From positions 1 through 32,000 of the forward strand of contig JBAYVT010000006.1 in assembly GCA_041674405.1 (NCBI GenBank): DNA of 32,000 nucleotides, read 5' to 3'. A program made the translations under genes and the position numbers. Below, piece by piece: positions 1 through 7,073 of the stretch. How positions within the stretch are numbered: the first letter of the stretch is position 1; each line of letters starts with the position of its first letter. This stretch comes from Patescibacteria group bacterium. GTDB taxonomy: Bacteria; Patescibacteriota; UBA1384; XYA2-FULL-43-10. Below the pieces are notes generated by a model that saw nothing but the letters and a program-made list of their open reading frames with translations, was not told the DNA's origin and did no database searches.

Positions 1-2
1 AA

Positions 3-1544
3 GATCGCGCTCGCCATAAACCTTCGCAGCTTTCCGGTGGGCAGCAACAAAGGGTTGCCATAGCCAGGGCGCTGATTACGAATCCGGATATTCTTTTGGT
101 TGACGAACCGACAGGCAACTTGGATGTGCCGACAGGCAAGGAAATCATGAGTATCTTGAAGGAGATAAATGAGAAATGGCGAACGACCATAGTGATGGTT
201 ACCCATAATCCGGATTTTGTGAATGAAGGGAACAAAGTCCTTTACATGGAAGACGGGAAAATTATCAAAGAGGTGCACAATCAGAAAGTTGCAGAAATTG
301 CCAATCCGGAAGAGCCGCGAAGCAAAAATGTGAGAATTCATGCCGGGCATTTAGGAATATCTGAGATCTTGCGCCTTTCTGGAATCCATTTTTTAAGCAA
401 AGGGCTTAGGGCTTTTTTGACTACTTTGGGCGTTGCCATGGGTGTCGGCTCGATCGTTGCCCTAGTTTCTTTGGGAATCGGTTTGCAGAAAATTACGTCA
501 AATCAGCTAGCTTCGCTCGATATGTTAGTTTCGATTGGCGTAAGCCCAGTCAAAGATTCTAGTATCAAGCTTGATGATGAATCTCTGGGTAAAATCGCGG
601 CAATAAAAAACATCAGCATTGTAAGCCCTGAAATCGCAATGCCTGCCAAAATTACAATCGGATCTTCAACTTCTGAAATTGTGATAAACGGATTGAAGCC
701 AGACACTTTGGATTTCGAGAATGTGAGCCTGATTTCTGGATCAAAGTATTCTGATTCGGCCGGTTTAATAATTTCCAAATCTACTGCCAAACTCTTTGGT
801 GGCGATCCTCAAACATTCATTGGAAAAGATGCCAAAATTTCACTAATTGTCATAGGAGATGACCCCAGCGATTTAACAGGAGCCAAGATTGTCGAGATGA
901 ATGAAAAGATTGTTGGAGTATCAGCTGACGAATCTGCGGCGGCGGCCTATATTTCACTTGCCCGCCTAATGAATGCGACAACCCAACCAAGCTACAATTC
1001 ACTAAAGGTGAAGGTTGACGATCGGACCAATGTGGAACAGGTAAAAAGCTCAATTGAAAAGCTAGGATTTTCAACCAGCTCCGTTGTTGACCTTGTCGAC
1101 CGCGTTGACAAAGTGTTTTTGATAACGCAAATTGCCCTTGGCATCATTGGCGGAGTTGCTCTCATAATCGCGCTGATCGGAATAATAAATATTATGACAG
1201 TCGCTTTGCTTGAGCGGACGCATGAAGTGGGAATTTTGAAGGCAATAGGCGCAAGCAATCTGGATATCAGGCGAATATTTGAATATGAAGTCCTGATGTA
1301 CGGACTTGTCGGCGCAATCTTCGGCGTATTCGGCGCATGGGGGCTTGGAGAGCTAATTAACAATGCCATCGGATATCTGATGAAGGTCTCCGAAATTCCG
1401 GGCAGCATACGGCTTTTTGATACCCCATTTTCATTTGCTGCTGAGATGGTTGTTTTGACAATTCTTGCTTCACTTCTCGGTGGCTGGTATCCATCAAAAA
1501 AAGCTTCGCGCCTTTCGCCTGCGGAAGCTTTGAGATATGAATAA
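3..1544 (+). CDS. MacB/LolCDE-type ABC transporter, ATPase fused to FtsX-like permease (5' partial; runs in from upstream of the window)
   Basis: The frame is open to the window edge. Upstream of the TTG called at 96 it reads ..RHKPSQLSGGQQQRVAIARALITNPDILLVDEPTGNLD, giving the ABC signature and Walker B. This is followed by a TM segment (FLTTLGVAMGVGSIVALVSLGIGL), an extracytoplasmic domain, and a C-terminal FtsX-like region (ALGIIGGVALIIALIGIINIMTVALLERTHEVGILKAIGAS). Confidence 0.93.
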   Translation, partial: DRARHKPSQLSGGQQQRVAIARALITNPDILLVDEPTGNLDVPTGKEIMSILKEINEKWRTTIVMVTHNPDFVNEGNKVLYMEDGKIIKEVHNQKVAEIANPEEPRSKNVRIHAGHLGISEILRLSGIHFLSKGLRAFLTTLGVAMGVGSIVALVSLGIGLQKITSNQLASLDMLVSIGVSPVKDSSIKLDDESLGKIAAIKNISIVSPEIAMPAKITIGSSTSEIVINGLKPDTLDFENVSLISGSKYSDSAGLIISKSTAKLFGGDPQTFIGKDAKISLIVIGDDPSDLTGAKIVEMNEKIVGVSADESAAAAYISLARLMNATTQPSYNSLKVKVDDRTNVEQVKSSIEKLGFSTSSVVDLVDRVDKVFLITQIALGIIGGVALIIALIGIINIMTVALLERTHEVGILKAIGASNLDIRRIFEYEVLMYGLVGAIFGVFGAWGLGELINNAIGYLMKVSEIPGSIRLFDTPFSFAAEMVVLTILASLLGGWYPSKKASRLSPAEALRYE

Positions 1545-1654
1545 GACAAAATCAAAGTAAAAAATAGGATTAATTCGTTAACTTGTCAACTGAGATCTTG
1601 AAATATTCATTATCAACCTGATTCAAAGCTAACAACGTTTGGAAAGTTCAAAAC

Positions 1655-4600
1655 ATGCAAATTCGAAGCTTTCATAGAAAATCGCTTTTTAATTGCCGTA
1701 CCGGGCGAATGTATTTGATATTAACGATTGCTATTATTGCACTGGCAACGGTTTTCTTATCGTTTTCTAAAACCAGGGCCAATCCTGGTACATGCTATTG
1801 GGTCGGAGATACCAGCCCTGCAAATTGGAACGATCCTTCCCACTGGTCAAATTCATCCGGTGGAGCTGGCAATACATGCGAAGGCGGCGTAAACATTCCC
1901 CAATCTGGTACAGCGGTTGTTTTTAATTCGGCAAACAACAATTCCGTTAACGTGGATACAGACGTGAATATCGCTTCAATCAGCATAGCTACCGGCGGTT
2001 ACTCGGGTACGTTTGATGCAACGACGCATAACATCTATACGTCCGGCAATATCACTTTTAGCAGTGGTACTCTGCATATGGGTTCAGGAACATGGACTAT
2101 TGCTGGTGGGGTGACCTTAACAAACATCAGCACTTTCGATGCCGGCTCGTCAACTCTAATTATGACCGGGACAACTAAAAATTTAATTGGGGCGGCGCAA
2201 ACTTTGCATGATTTAAGTATTTCCGGAACAGTCAATGTGGCTACCTCCAATGTCTCGGTTGGGGGAATTTTATCGGTTGAAGATGGAAAAACCCTTACCA
2301 TCAATTCAAACAAATTTTTAATAATGAATTCTGGGGCGGTGACAAATTTAAACAATACCGGAACAATTACAGGATCGTCAGGCTATTTAGCCCTCAATGA
2401 TTCAGCCGGGGAGAATTTAAGTGCTGGTGGAACATTATCATCCAAAGTTAGGTTTGATGCCACCAGTGGGGATGTAAAGGTTCGCGCAAGAACATATGGA
2501 GCACAAGCCGAGTTTTATTCAAATTCTGCTTTATCCGCCAGGACAATTACGCTCGGCACATCCGCGTCTCAAACACTGGATTTTAGCTCAAATTTTTATG
2601 TCCTTGCAGCGAATACACAGAATATTGCTGTGTCTGCGGCTATTTATAATCCCTCTATCAATATTACTGGCAATATTGATTTTACCGGAACAGGAGCTGG
2701 CTCCGAATCGTTATCAATGGGATCGAGTGTTTGGACCTTGTCTGGCAATATTGATATGCAGGATGGCTCGGTAATAGGCGGCACATCGACACTGGTTTTT
2801 GCCGGTTCTGCTGCGGCGCAAATTTTCACGCCAAATGCTCAGACCTTTCATAACATCATAGTCAAAAACACTAATGCTGCGGGGACAATATTGAATGGTA
2901 ATGGTACTCAGGGGTATAAGTCGGGAAATTTGGTAGTTTCGGGCAATCTATATCTTTCAGCAGATGGAGCATCCGATGTCCTTTTAGATGGAAATACTCA
3001 CCATTGCGGCGTAACCGTTGAAGGAAGTTTAGATTTTGTTGGCGAGGGAGATGGGCAGGAGTCGATCTTGTTGGGTAATAATACTTGGATTGTTGATGGC
3101 AATGTTGATTTTACTGGCGGAACGATTAATGCAGGTAACTCCACTTTGGAATTAGCCGGAATTGATGAACAAAATTTAACACTTGCTGGGCAAACGCTAA
3201 ATGACTTAAGAGTGTCTAACGAGTCTGGAAATAGCATAAATTTTATCGGTGATGTCACGGCTGTCAGCTTTGCCATAGCCTGCCCAGATACCAAAGTGGT
3301 TTTAGATGCTGGCGGAACATATAGTTTTACCAATATCAATATTGATGGCAGATCTTTAGAAACGCCCGTGAAACTAGTTAGCTCGCTTTCCGGTTCTTCT
3401 TGGAATTTTGATGTGTCAGGTATCCCTCTTGTTTCACACGTTGAGGTTTCAGACTCCAATGCCTCGGGTGGTAACAAAATTAGCGCGATCAACAGTATTG
3501 ATTCAGGGCATAATTCAAATTGGGAGTTTTTAGAAGATGCGGTTGGTTTTTCTCCTGACCAGAATACCTGGCGATTTTCTTCGCCGCAGGATTATGTAAT
3601 CTCCGATGCTTCTAAGATACAATTTTCAAACAGTTCAGCCAAAATAATCCCTACAGGATTTGAAACCGCATGGGGAAAGGTGTGGCACGATACCCATTTT
3701 GCCCCAAATCCCGGTGAGTCCGGCGCTGAGTCGATAATCGCCGATAGTTCTGGAAACTTCTATGTTAGCGGATATACCAGGAATGGGGCTGGCGGCAGTG
3801 ATACAGGCTTTATTGTCAAACTAGACCAAGATTTAAATGAAATCTGGTATAAAAACGATTATTTCACTGATTCTTTGAAAAGCGAAGTGTATCGTATGGC
3901 TATCGCTTCGGATGGTAATATTCTTGCCCATGGCGGCTATCAAGATAGCTCTGGAAATTGCCATTCGGTTCTTATGAAATTATCTCCTTCTGATGGAAGC
4001 GTCGTCTGGTCTTCCACAATCGACCAGCCAGCAGGAGTGGTGCGATTGTCTGGTTGGGATCGTGCCGGGGGGCCGGTCATAGACAAAGAGGGCAACATTT
4101 ACATTGCAGTAGCTAATCATTTAGGTGACACCCAAAATGATGCCGAACCATCAGGAATTTATAAATTTGATTCAAACGGAAACCTAATTTGGAGCCGTTC
4201 AGACTCACTTGCTTCGCGTAAGACTGGTTGGAATTGGGAAGACATGTGGGGGATGGCAATAGACAGCGAAGGTTCAGTCTATATCAGTTATAGTTGTGGC
4301 GGACCATGGCCAAGCAGCCTCTATTGGGGACTATTAAAATATGACACGGATGGCAATTACCAATGGATGAATATAAAACTTTGGTCTGGAGAAAATGAGT
4401 TCCAAGCCGCCAGGGGAATTTCAATTGACCCTGCGACTGATATCATATATCAAAATGGGAATGCCGGAGGTAGTAGCAGCTCGGGTTGTGGTTTTAGAAA
4501 AATTGATAAATATGGCAATGTATTGTTTGAGGAAATAATGCATGATATTGCGTTCGGGGGGGATACGTATTGCTGGGGGTCGATTATTGACCAGTTCGGC

Positions 4601-5314
4601 AACTGGAATGCAGCAGGGCAAGACGGCACAGCTGCGACTGCGACATCCTTTATTAAAAAGTATCGAGGTTTAGACGCAACGAAAATCAATGTAATCACAA
4701 ATGATTTTTTGCCTCGACTTAGTCACGGGTTATACGCTAGCCGCATTACACTTGACCAATGGGGAAATGTATACGCGGCTTCATATTTTCCCGACTCGAA
4801 TTACAATTCAAAATATTCGATTGCGATAACGAAAGGGGTAAATACATATCCAAACACACAACCGGACTCTGGTATTCCCCTTACTCTGGTGAACAGAATC
4901 CCGATCGAATATTCATCATTGTCCGGTTTCTCTGTTGGTTATGGACCTATGGATCAGGCAGATGTAAAATTTCAGATTTCTAATAACGGAATAGATTGGT
5001 ATTTCTGGAGTGGATCAGGTTGGGAGAAAACCGATGGATATGTATCAAATACAGAAAGTGATATCAATGCGAATATTTCAAAATTTTCCGATGAACTTGG
5101 TCCCGGACAATTCTATTTCAAGGCTTTTTTGCTCACGGATGGCACAAAAGAAGTTGATTTGAAGAATGTCACAATCCAGGCAGTGTCAATTTCAGTACTG
5201 CCGCAAACAGGCAAGAATGATGATTTTAACTTAAGATTGCTGAACTTGGCAATAATGTTTTTGCCAATCACAATATTTTTTGCGGTTTTAGAAAAAAGAA
5301 TTAGCACTCGTTGA
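1655..5314 (+). CDS. Large LPXTG-type surface protein with repeated beta-rich modules and a beta-propeller-like region; start may be ATG at 1709
   Basis: N-terminal hydrophobic segment MYLILTIAIIALATVFLSFSKTRA. Repeated units such as GNIxFxxGTxxxGxxTWTxxGxV...STLxxxGxxxQxLxxAxQTLxxLxVS. Propeller-like repeats (NFYVSGYTRNGAGG..TGFIVKLDQDLNEIWY). C-terminus LPQTG-KNDDFNLRLLNLAIMFLPITIFFAVL-EKRISTR is a typical cell-wall sorting signal. Confidence 0.88.
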   Translation: MQIRSFHRKSLFNCRTGRMYLILTIAIIALATVFLSFSKTRANPGTCYWVGDTSPANWNDPSHWSNSSGGAGNTCEGGVNIPQSGTAVVFNSANNNSVNVDTDVNIASISIATGGYSGTFDATTHNIYTSGNITFSSGTLHMGSGTWTIAGGVTLTNISTFDAGSSTLIMTGTTKNLIGAAQTLHDLSISGTVNVATSNVSVGGILSVEDGKTLTINSNKFLIMNSGAVTNLNNTGTITGSSGYLALNDSAGENLSAGGTLSSKVRFDATSGDVKVRARTYGAQAEFYSNSALSARTITLGTSASQTLDFSSNFYVLAANTQNIAVSAAIYNPSINITGNIDFTGTGAGSESLSMGSSVWTLSGNIDMQDGSVIGGTSTLVFAGSAAAQIFTPNAQTFHNIIVKNTNAAGTILNGNGTQGYKSGNLVVSGNLYLSADGASDVLLDGNTHHCGVTVEGSLDFVGEGDGQESILLGNNTWIVDGNVDFTGGTINAGNSTLELAGIDEQNLTLAGQTLNDLRVSNESGNSINFIGDVTAVSFAIACPDTKVVLDAGGTYSFTNINIDGRSLETPVKLVSSLSGSSWNFDVSGIPLVSHVEVSDSNASGGNKISAINSIDSGHNSNWEFLEDAVGFSPDQNTWRFSSPQDYVISDASKIQFSNSSAKIIPTGFETAWGKVWHDTHFAPNPGESGAESIIADSSGNFYVSGYTRNGAGGSDTGFIVKLDQDLNEIWYKNDYFTDSLKSEVYRMAIASDGNILAHGGYQDSSGNCHSVLMKLSPSDGSVVWSSTIDQPAGVVRLSGWDRAGGPVIDKEGNIYIAVANHLGDTQNDAEPSGIYKFDSNGNLIWSRSDSLASRKTGWNWEDMWGMAIDSEGSVYISYSCGGPWPSSLYWGLLKYDTDGNYQWMNIKLWSGENEFQAARGISIDPATDIIYQNGNAGGSSSSGCGFRKIDKYGNVLFEEIMHDIAFGGDTYCWGSIIDQFGNWNAAGQDGTAATATSFIKKYRGLDATKINVITNDFLPRLSHGLYASRITLDQWGNVYAASYFPDSNYNSKYSIAITKGVNTYPNTQPDSGIPLTLVNRIPIEYSSLSGFSVGYGPMDQADVKFQISNNGIDWYFWSGSGWEKTDGYVSNTESDINANISKFSDELGPGQFYFKAFLLTDGTKEVDLKNVTIQAVSISVLPQTGKNDDFNLRLLNLAIMFLPITIFFAVLEKRISTR

Positions 5315-5341
5315 CTCAAAAATAGAGCACGTTATTCGATT

Positions 5342-5659
5342 CTAGCTTTTAGTTGACTTTCCGTATCTTCCTTTGTCGCGTTTGGCGACTTTATTGAGCG
5401 ATCTGCGAGCCGCTTTATCTAGGTCAACGCCGGTACTATTGCCGAGGCAGATCAAAGTGTAAATTACATCGCCAATTTCGTCTTCCAGATCCTGCTCAAG
5501 TTCGGAAGCTTTTTTCGGTTTCTCCCCATAGAGGTGATTTAATATTCGTGCCAATTCGCCGGTTTCTTCAATTAAGCGAGTGAACTGGGCGAGCGGGTGC
5601 CAGTAATCCCAGCCTTCTTTTTTAAAATATCCGTCGAGCTCTTTTTGAAACTTATTCAT
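5342..5659 (-). CDS. MazG-like nucleotide pyrophosphohydrolase family protein
   Basis: Motifs RLIEETGELARILNHLYGEKP and LEDEIGDVIYTLICLGNSTGVDL match the MazG-like EExxE...ExxD metal-binding pattern. Confidence 0.82.
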   Translation of the reverse strand: MNKFQKELDGYFKKEGWDYWHPLAQFTRLIEETGELARILNHLYGEKPKKASELEQDLEDEIGDVIYTLICLGNSTGVDLDKAARRSLNKVAKRDKGRYGKSTKS

Positions 5660-5763
5660 AAATTAATAATATCATTATTTGTCAACTAGGTTGATTTTTT
5701 TGCCGCAACTGGGCAATATAAAATTGCAACACGCCTGAAACTGAACACCGGGAGGGGAATTAG

Positions 5764-5895
5764 ATGCTACCAGGTCCGGAGATCATGGCTGACGAGGGTA
5801 CTCGCAACGGGTGCGCCATCATGGCCGGAATCGTGATCGCCTTGCTGGGTATCGGATGGTTGGTGCAGGCGCTGGTTCTGCATGTGAATCCATAG
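5764..5895 (+). CDS. Candidate 43-aa small membrane protein (MLPGPEIMADEGTRNGCAIMAGIVIALLGIGWLVQALVLHVNP)
   Basis: Not in the ORF track because it is short. ATG is preceded by a purine-rich GGGAGGGG, with one predicted TM helix. It sits in a GC-rich island. Confidence 0.4.
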   Translation: MLPGPEIMADEGTRNGCAIMAGIVIALLGIGWLVQALVLHVNP

Positions 5896-5906
5896 GGGGT
5901 GGAACA

Positions 5907-6062
5907 ATGGGCAGCCTTTGGCGGGAGTGGCGTGATGGTTGGCGTGAAAACCGCGGCGGCTGCCTTCTGGGGATTTTCTTCTTCGTTTGGGTGTCGGCGG
6001 CAATCGTAGGTTTTTTCTGGTGTGCCTCACACCCATCGCCACCGCACACACCGGGAATGTAG
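5907..6062 (+). CDS. Candidate 51-aa small membrane protein (MGSLWREWRDGWRENRGGCLLGIFFFVWVSAAIVGFFWCASHPSPPHTPGM)
   Basis: ATG at 5907 is 11 nt after the preceding small ORF stop and follows GGGGGTGG. It has a basic N-terminus followed by a TM helix. The track's ORF 5811..6062 is probably an upstream over-extension. Confidence 0.42.
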   Translation: MGSLWREWRDGWRENRGGCLLGIFFFVWVSAAIVGFFWCASHPSPPHTPGM

Positions 6063-6079
6063 CAGGGGGACGAACGGGT

Positions 6080-6103
6080 GGGACGGGCGCATGCGCCCGT
6101 CCC
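6080..6103. repeat. 24-bp perfect palindrome gggacgggcgcatgcgcccgtccc, REP-like
   Basis: Exact self-reverse-complement. It continues imperfectly as gtgggacggg...cccgtccctac. Confidence 0.75.
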
Positions 6104-6146
6104 TACTGGATTTATTAAGCTTAAAATGGTAATCTTAAGTGCGTAT

Positions 6147-6220
6147 TCCGAGATCGTCTAATGGCAGGACGGCGGATTCTGGCTCCGCTAATCTAGGTTC
6201 GACCCCTAGTCTCGGAACCA
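6147..6220 (+). tRNA. tRNA-Gln (anticodon CTG), CCA encoded
   Basis: TCCGAGA / TCTCGGA acceptor stem, D-arm GTCTAATGGCAGGAC, anticodon arm GCGGA-TTCTGGC-TCCGC, T-arm CTAGG-TTCGACC-CCTAG, then A-CCA. 74 nt. Confidence 0.95.
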
Positions 6221-6264
6221 AAAAAGTGGTTGTCTTTATGATGATCGCTTTTTTGGTTATAACT

Positions 6265-6379
6265 GGTCGAACCTGGGAAGGGGTCGGGAAACAGGAGTTT
6301 CCCGCGAGAGGAAAATAACAAAAACCGAGGGTTTTTGTAAGCAAAGACCCGAAGGGTCCCCATAGGGGCGTGTTCGACC
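6265..6379 (+). ncRNA. Candidate structured RNA with consecutive tight hairpins downstream of tRNA-Gln (strand assumed from the tRNA)
   Basis: Closing pair ggtcgaac(6265-6272)/gttcgacc(6372-6379). Hairpins: cgggaaac-agga-gtttcccg (6285-6304), acaaaaacc-gag-ggtttttgt (6318-6338), gaccc-gaa-gggtc (6346-6358), and the weak ccc-ata-ggg (6359-6367). Confidence 0.4.
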
Positions 6380-6461
6380 CCAAGGCTTAAAACCAAAAAA
6401 GAGCTTGTTTTTGGCAGGTTCTTTTTTGTTGTATTAAAATGTATTTCGTCTTATAATTGTA

Positions 6462-7064
6462 GTGACAATTAAACCAAGTCGTCTAGGAGGGAGAATAGAG
6501 AAGCAACTAGGCACAAGAAAAGTCCAGCTCTGGGCTGTTATTTCAGTGCTATTGATAGCAGGATTTTTTGTCGTGGTTTGGAAATATTTCGATGTTGATA
6601 ATGCTAAAAACACAAGGAACAACTACGATCAAGCATTTCAAGATTTATTCAACAAAAATTACGATGAGGTAATACAAAATTTGACAGATGTCGAGAAGCT
6701 TCCAGAATTACAAAAAGAGCAAGCTTACACGGCATTGGGGCAAGCTTACTTTGCAAAAGCCAATTATGATAAGGCATTGGAAAATTATCAAAAAGCAGCA
6801 AGTTTGGCTGCAAGCGATAAAAAGAAATCGTATTATAATAATCTTATGGGAAATTGTTTGAGAGAGAACAAAGACAAAGACGGGGCAGTTGCTAAATATA
6901 AGCTGTCGGTCCAGCTTGATCCTAAAAATGAATTAGCTTGGGTTAATCTGATCAACTTATATAAGCTAGATGGGGATATCGCAAATGCAAAAAATGCGGT
7001 AAAAGATGCCCTTGTTGCCATGCCGGGCAACGAAACGATCAAGGCAATCGAACAAACTCTTTAG
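6462..7064 (+). CDS. Membrane-anchored TPR-repeat protein
   Basis: TM segment VQLWAVISVLLIAGFFVVVWKYF, followed by TPR-like units (QAYTALGQAYFAKANYDKALENYQKAASL; ELAWVNLINLYKLDGDIANAKNAVKDALVAMPGN). Confidence 0.82.
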   Translation: MTIKPSRLGGRIEKQLGTRKVQLWAVISVLLIAGFFVVVWKYFDVDNAKNTRNNYDQAFQDLFNKNYDEVIQNLTDVEKLPELQKEQAYTALGQAYFAKANYDKALENYQKAASLAASDKKKSYYNNLMGNCLRENKDKDGAVAKYKLSVQLDPKNELAWVNLINLYKLDGDIANAKNAVKDALVAMPGNETIKAIEQTL

Positions 7065-7073
7065 CGAGGGGAA

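Noticed and set aside
96-98. TTG start of the first track ORF as the true gene start
   Set aside because: The same frame is open upstream to the window edge and encodes the ABC signature and Walker B motif, so the gene is 5'-truncated by the window.
5767-6051. Minus-strand ORFs in the GC-rich island
   Set aside because: Low-complexity His/Arg/Pro-rich translations without recognisable motifs. Plus-strand small ORFs have better SD context and TM helices.
6135-6396. Minus-strand ORFs 6135..6383 and 6193..6396 (LVPRLGVEPRLAEPESAVLPLDDLGI)
   Set aside because: They are the antisense of tRNA-Gln and its flank, a familiar spurious-annotation pattern.
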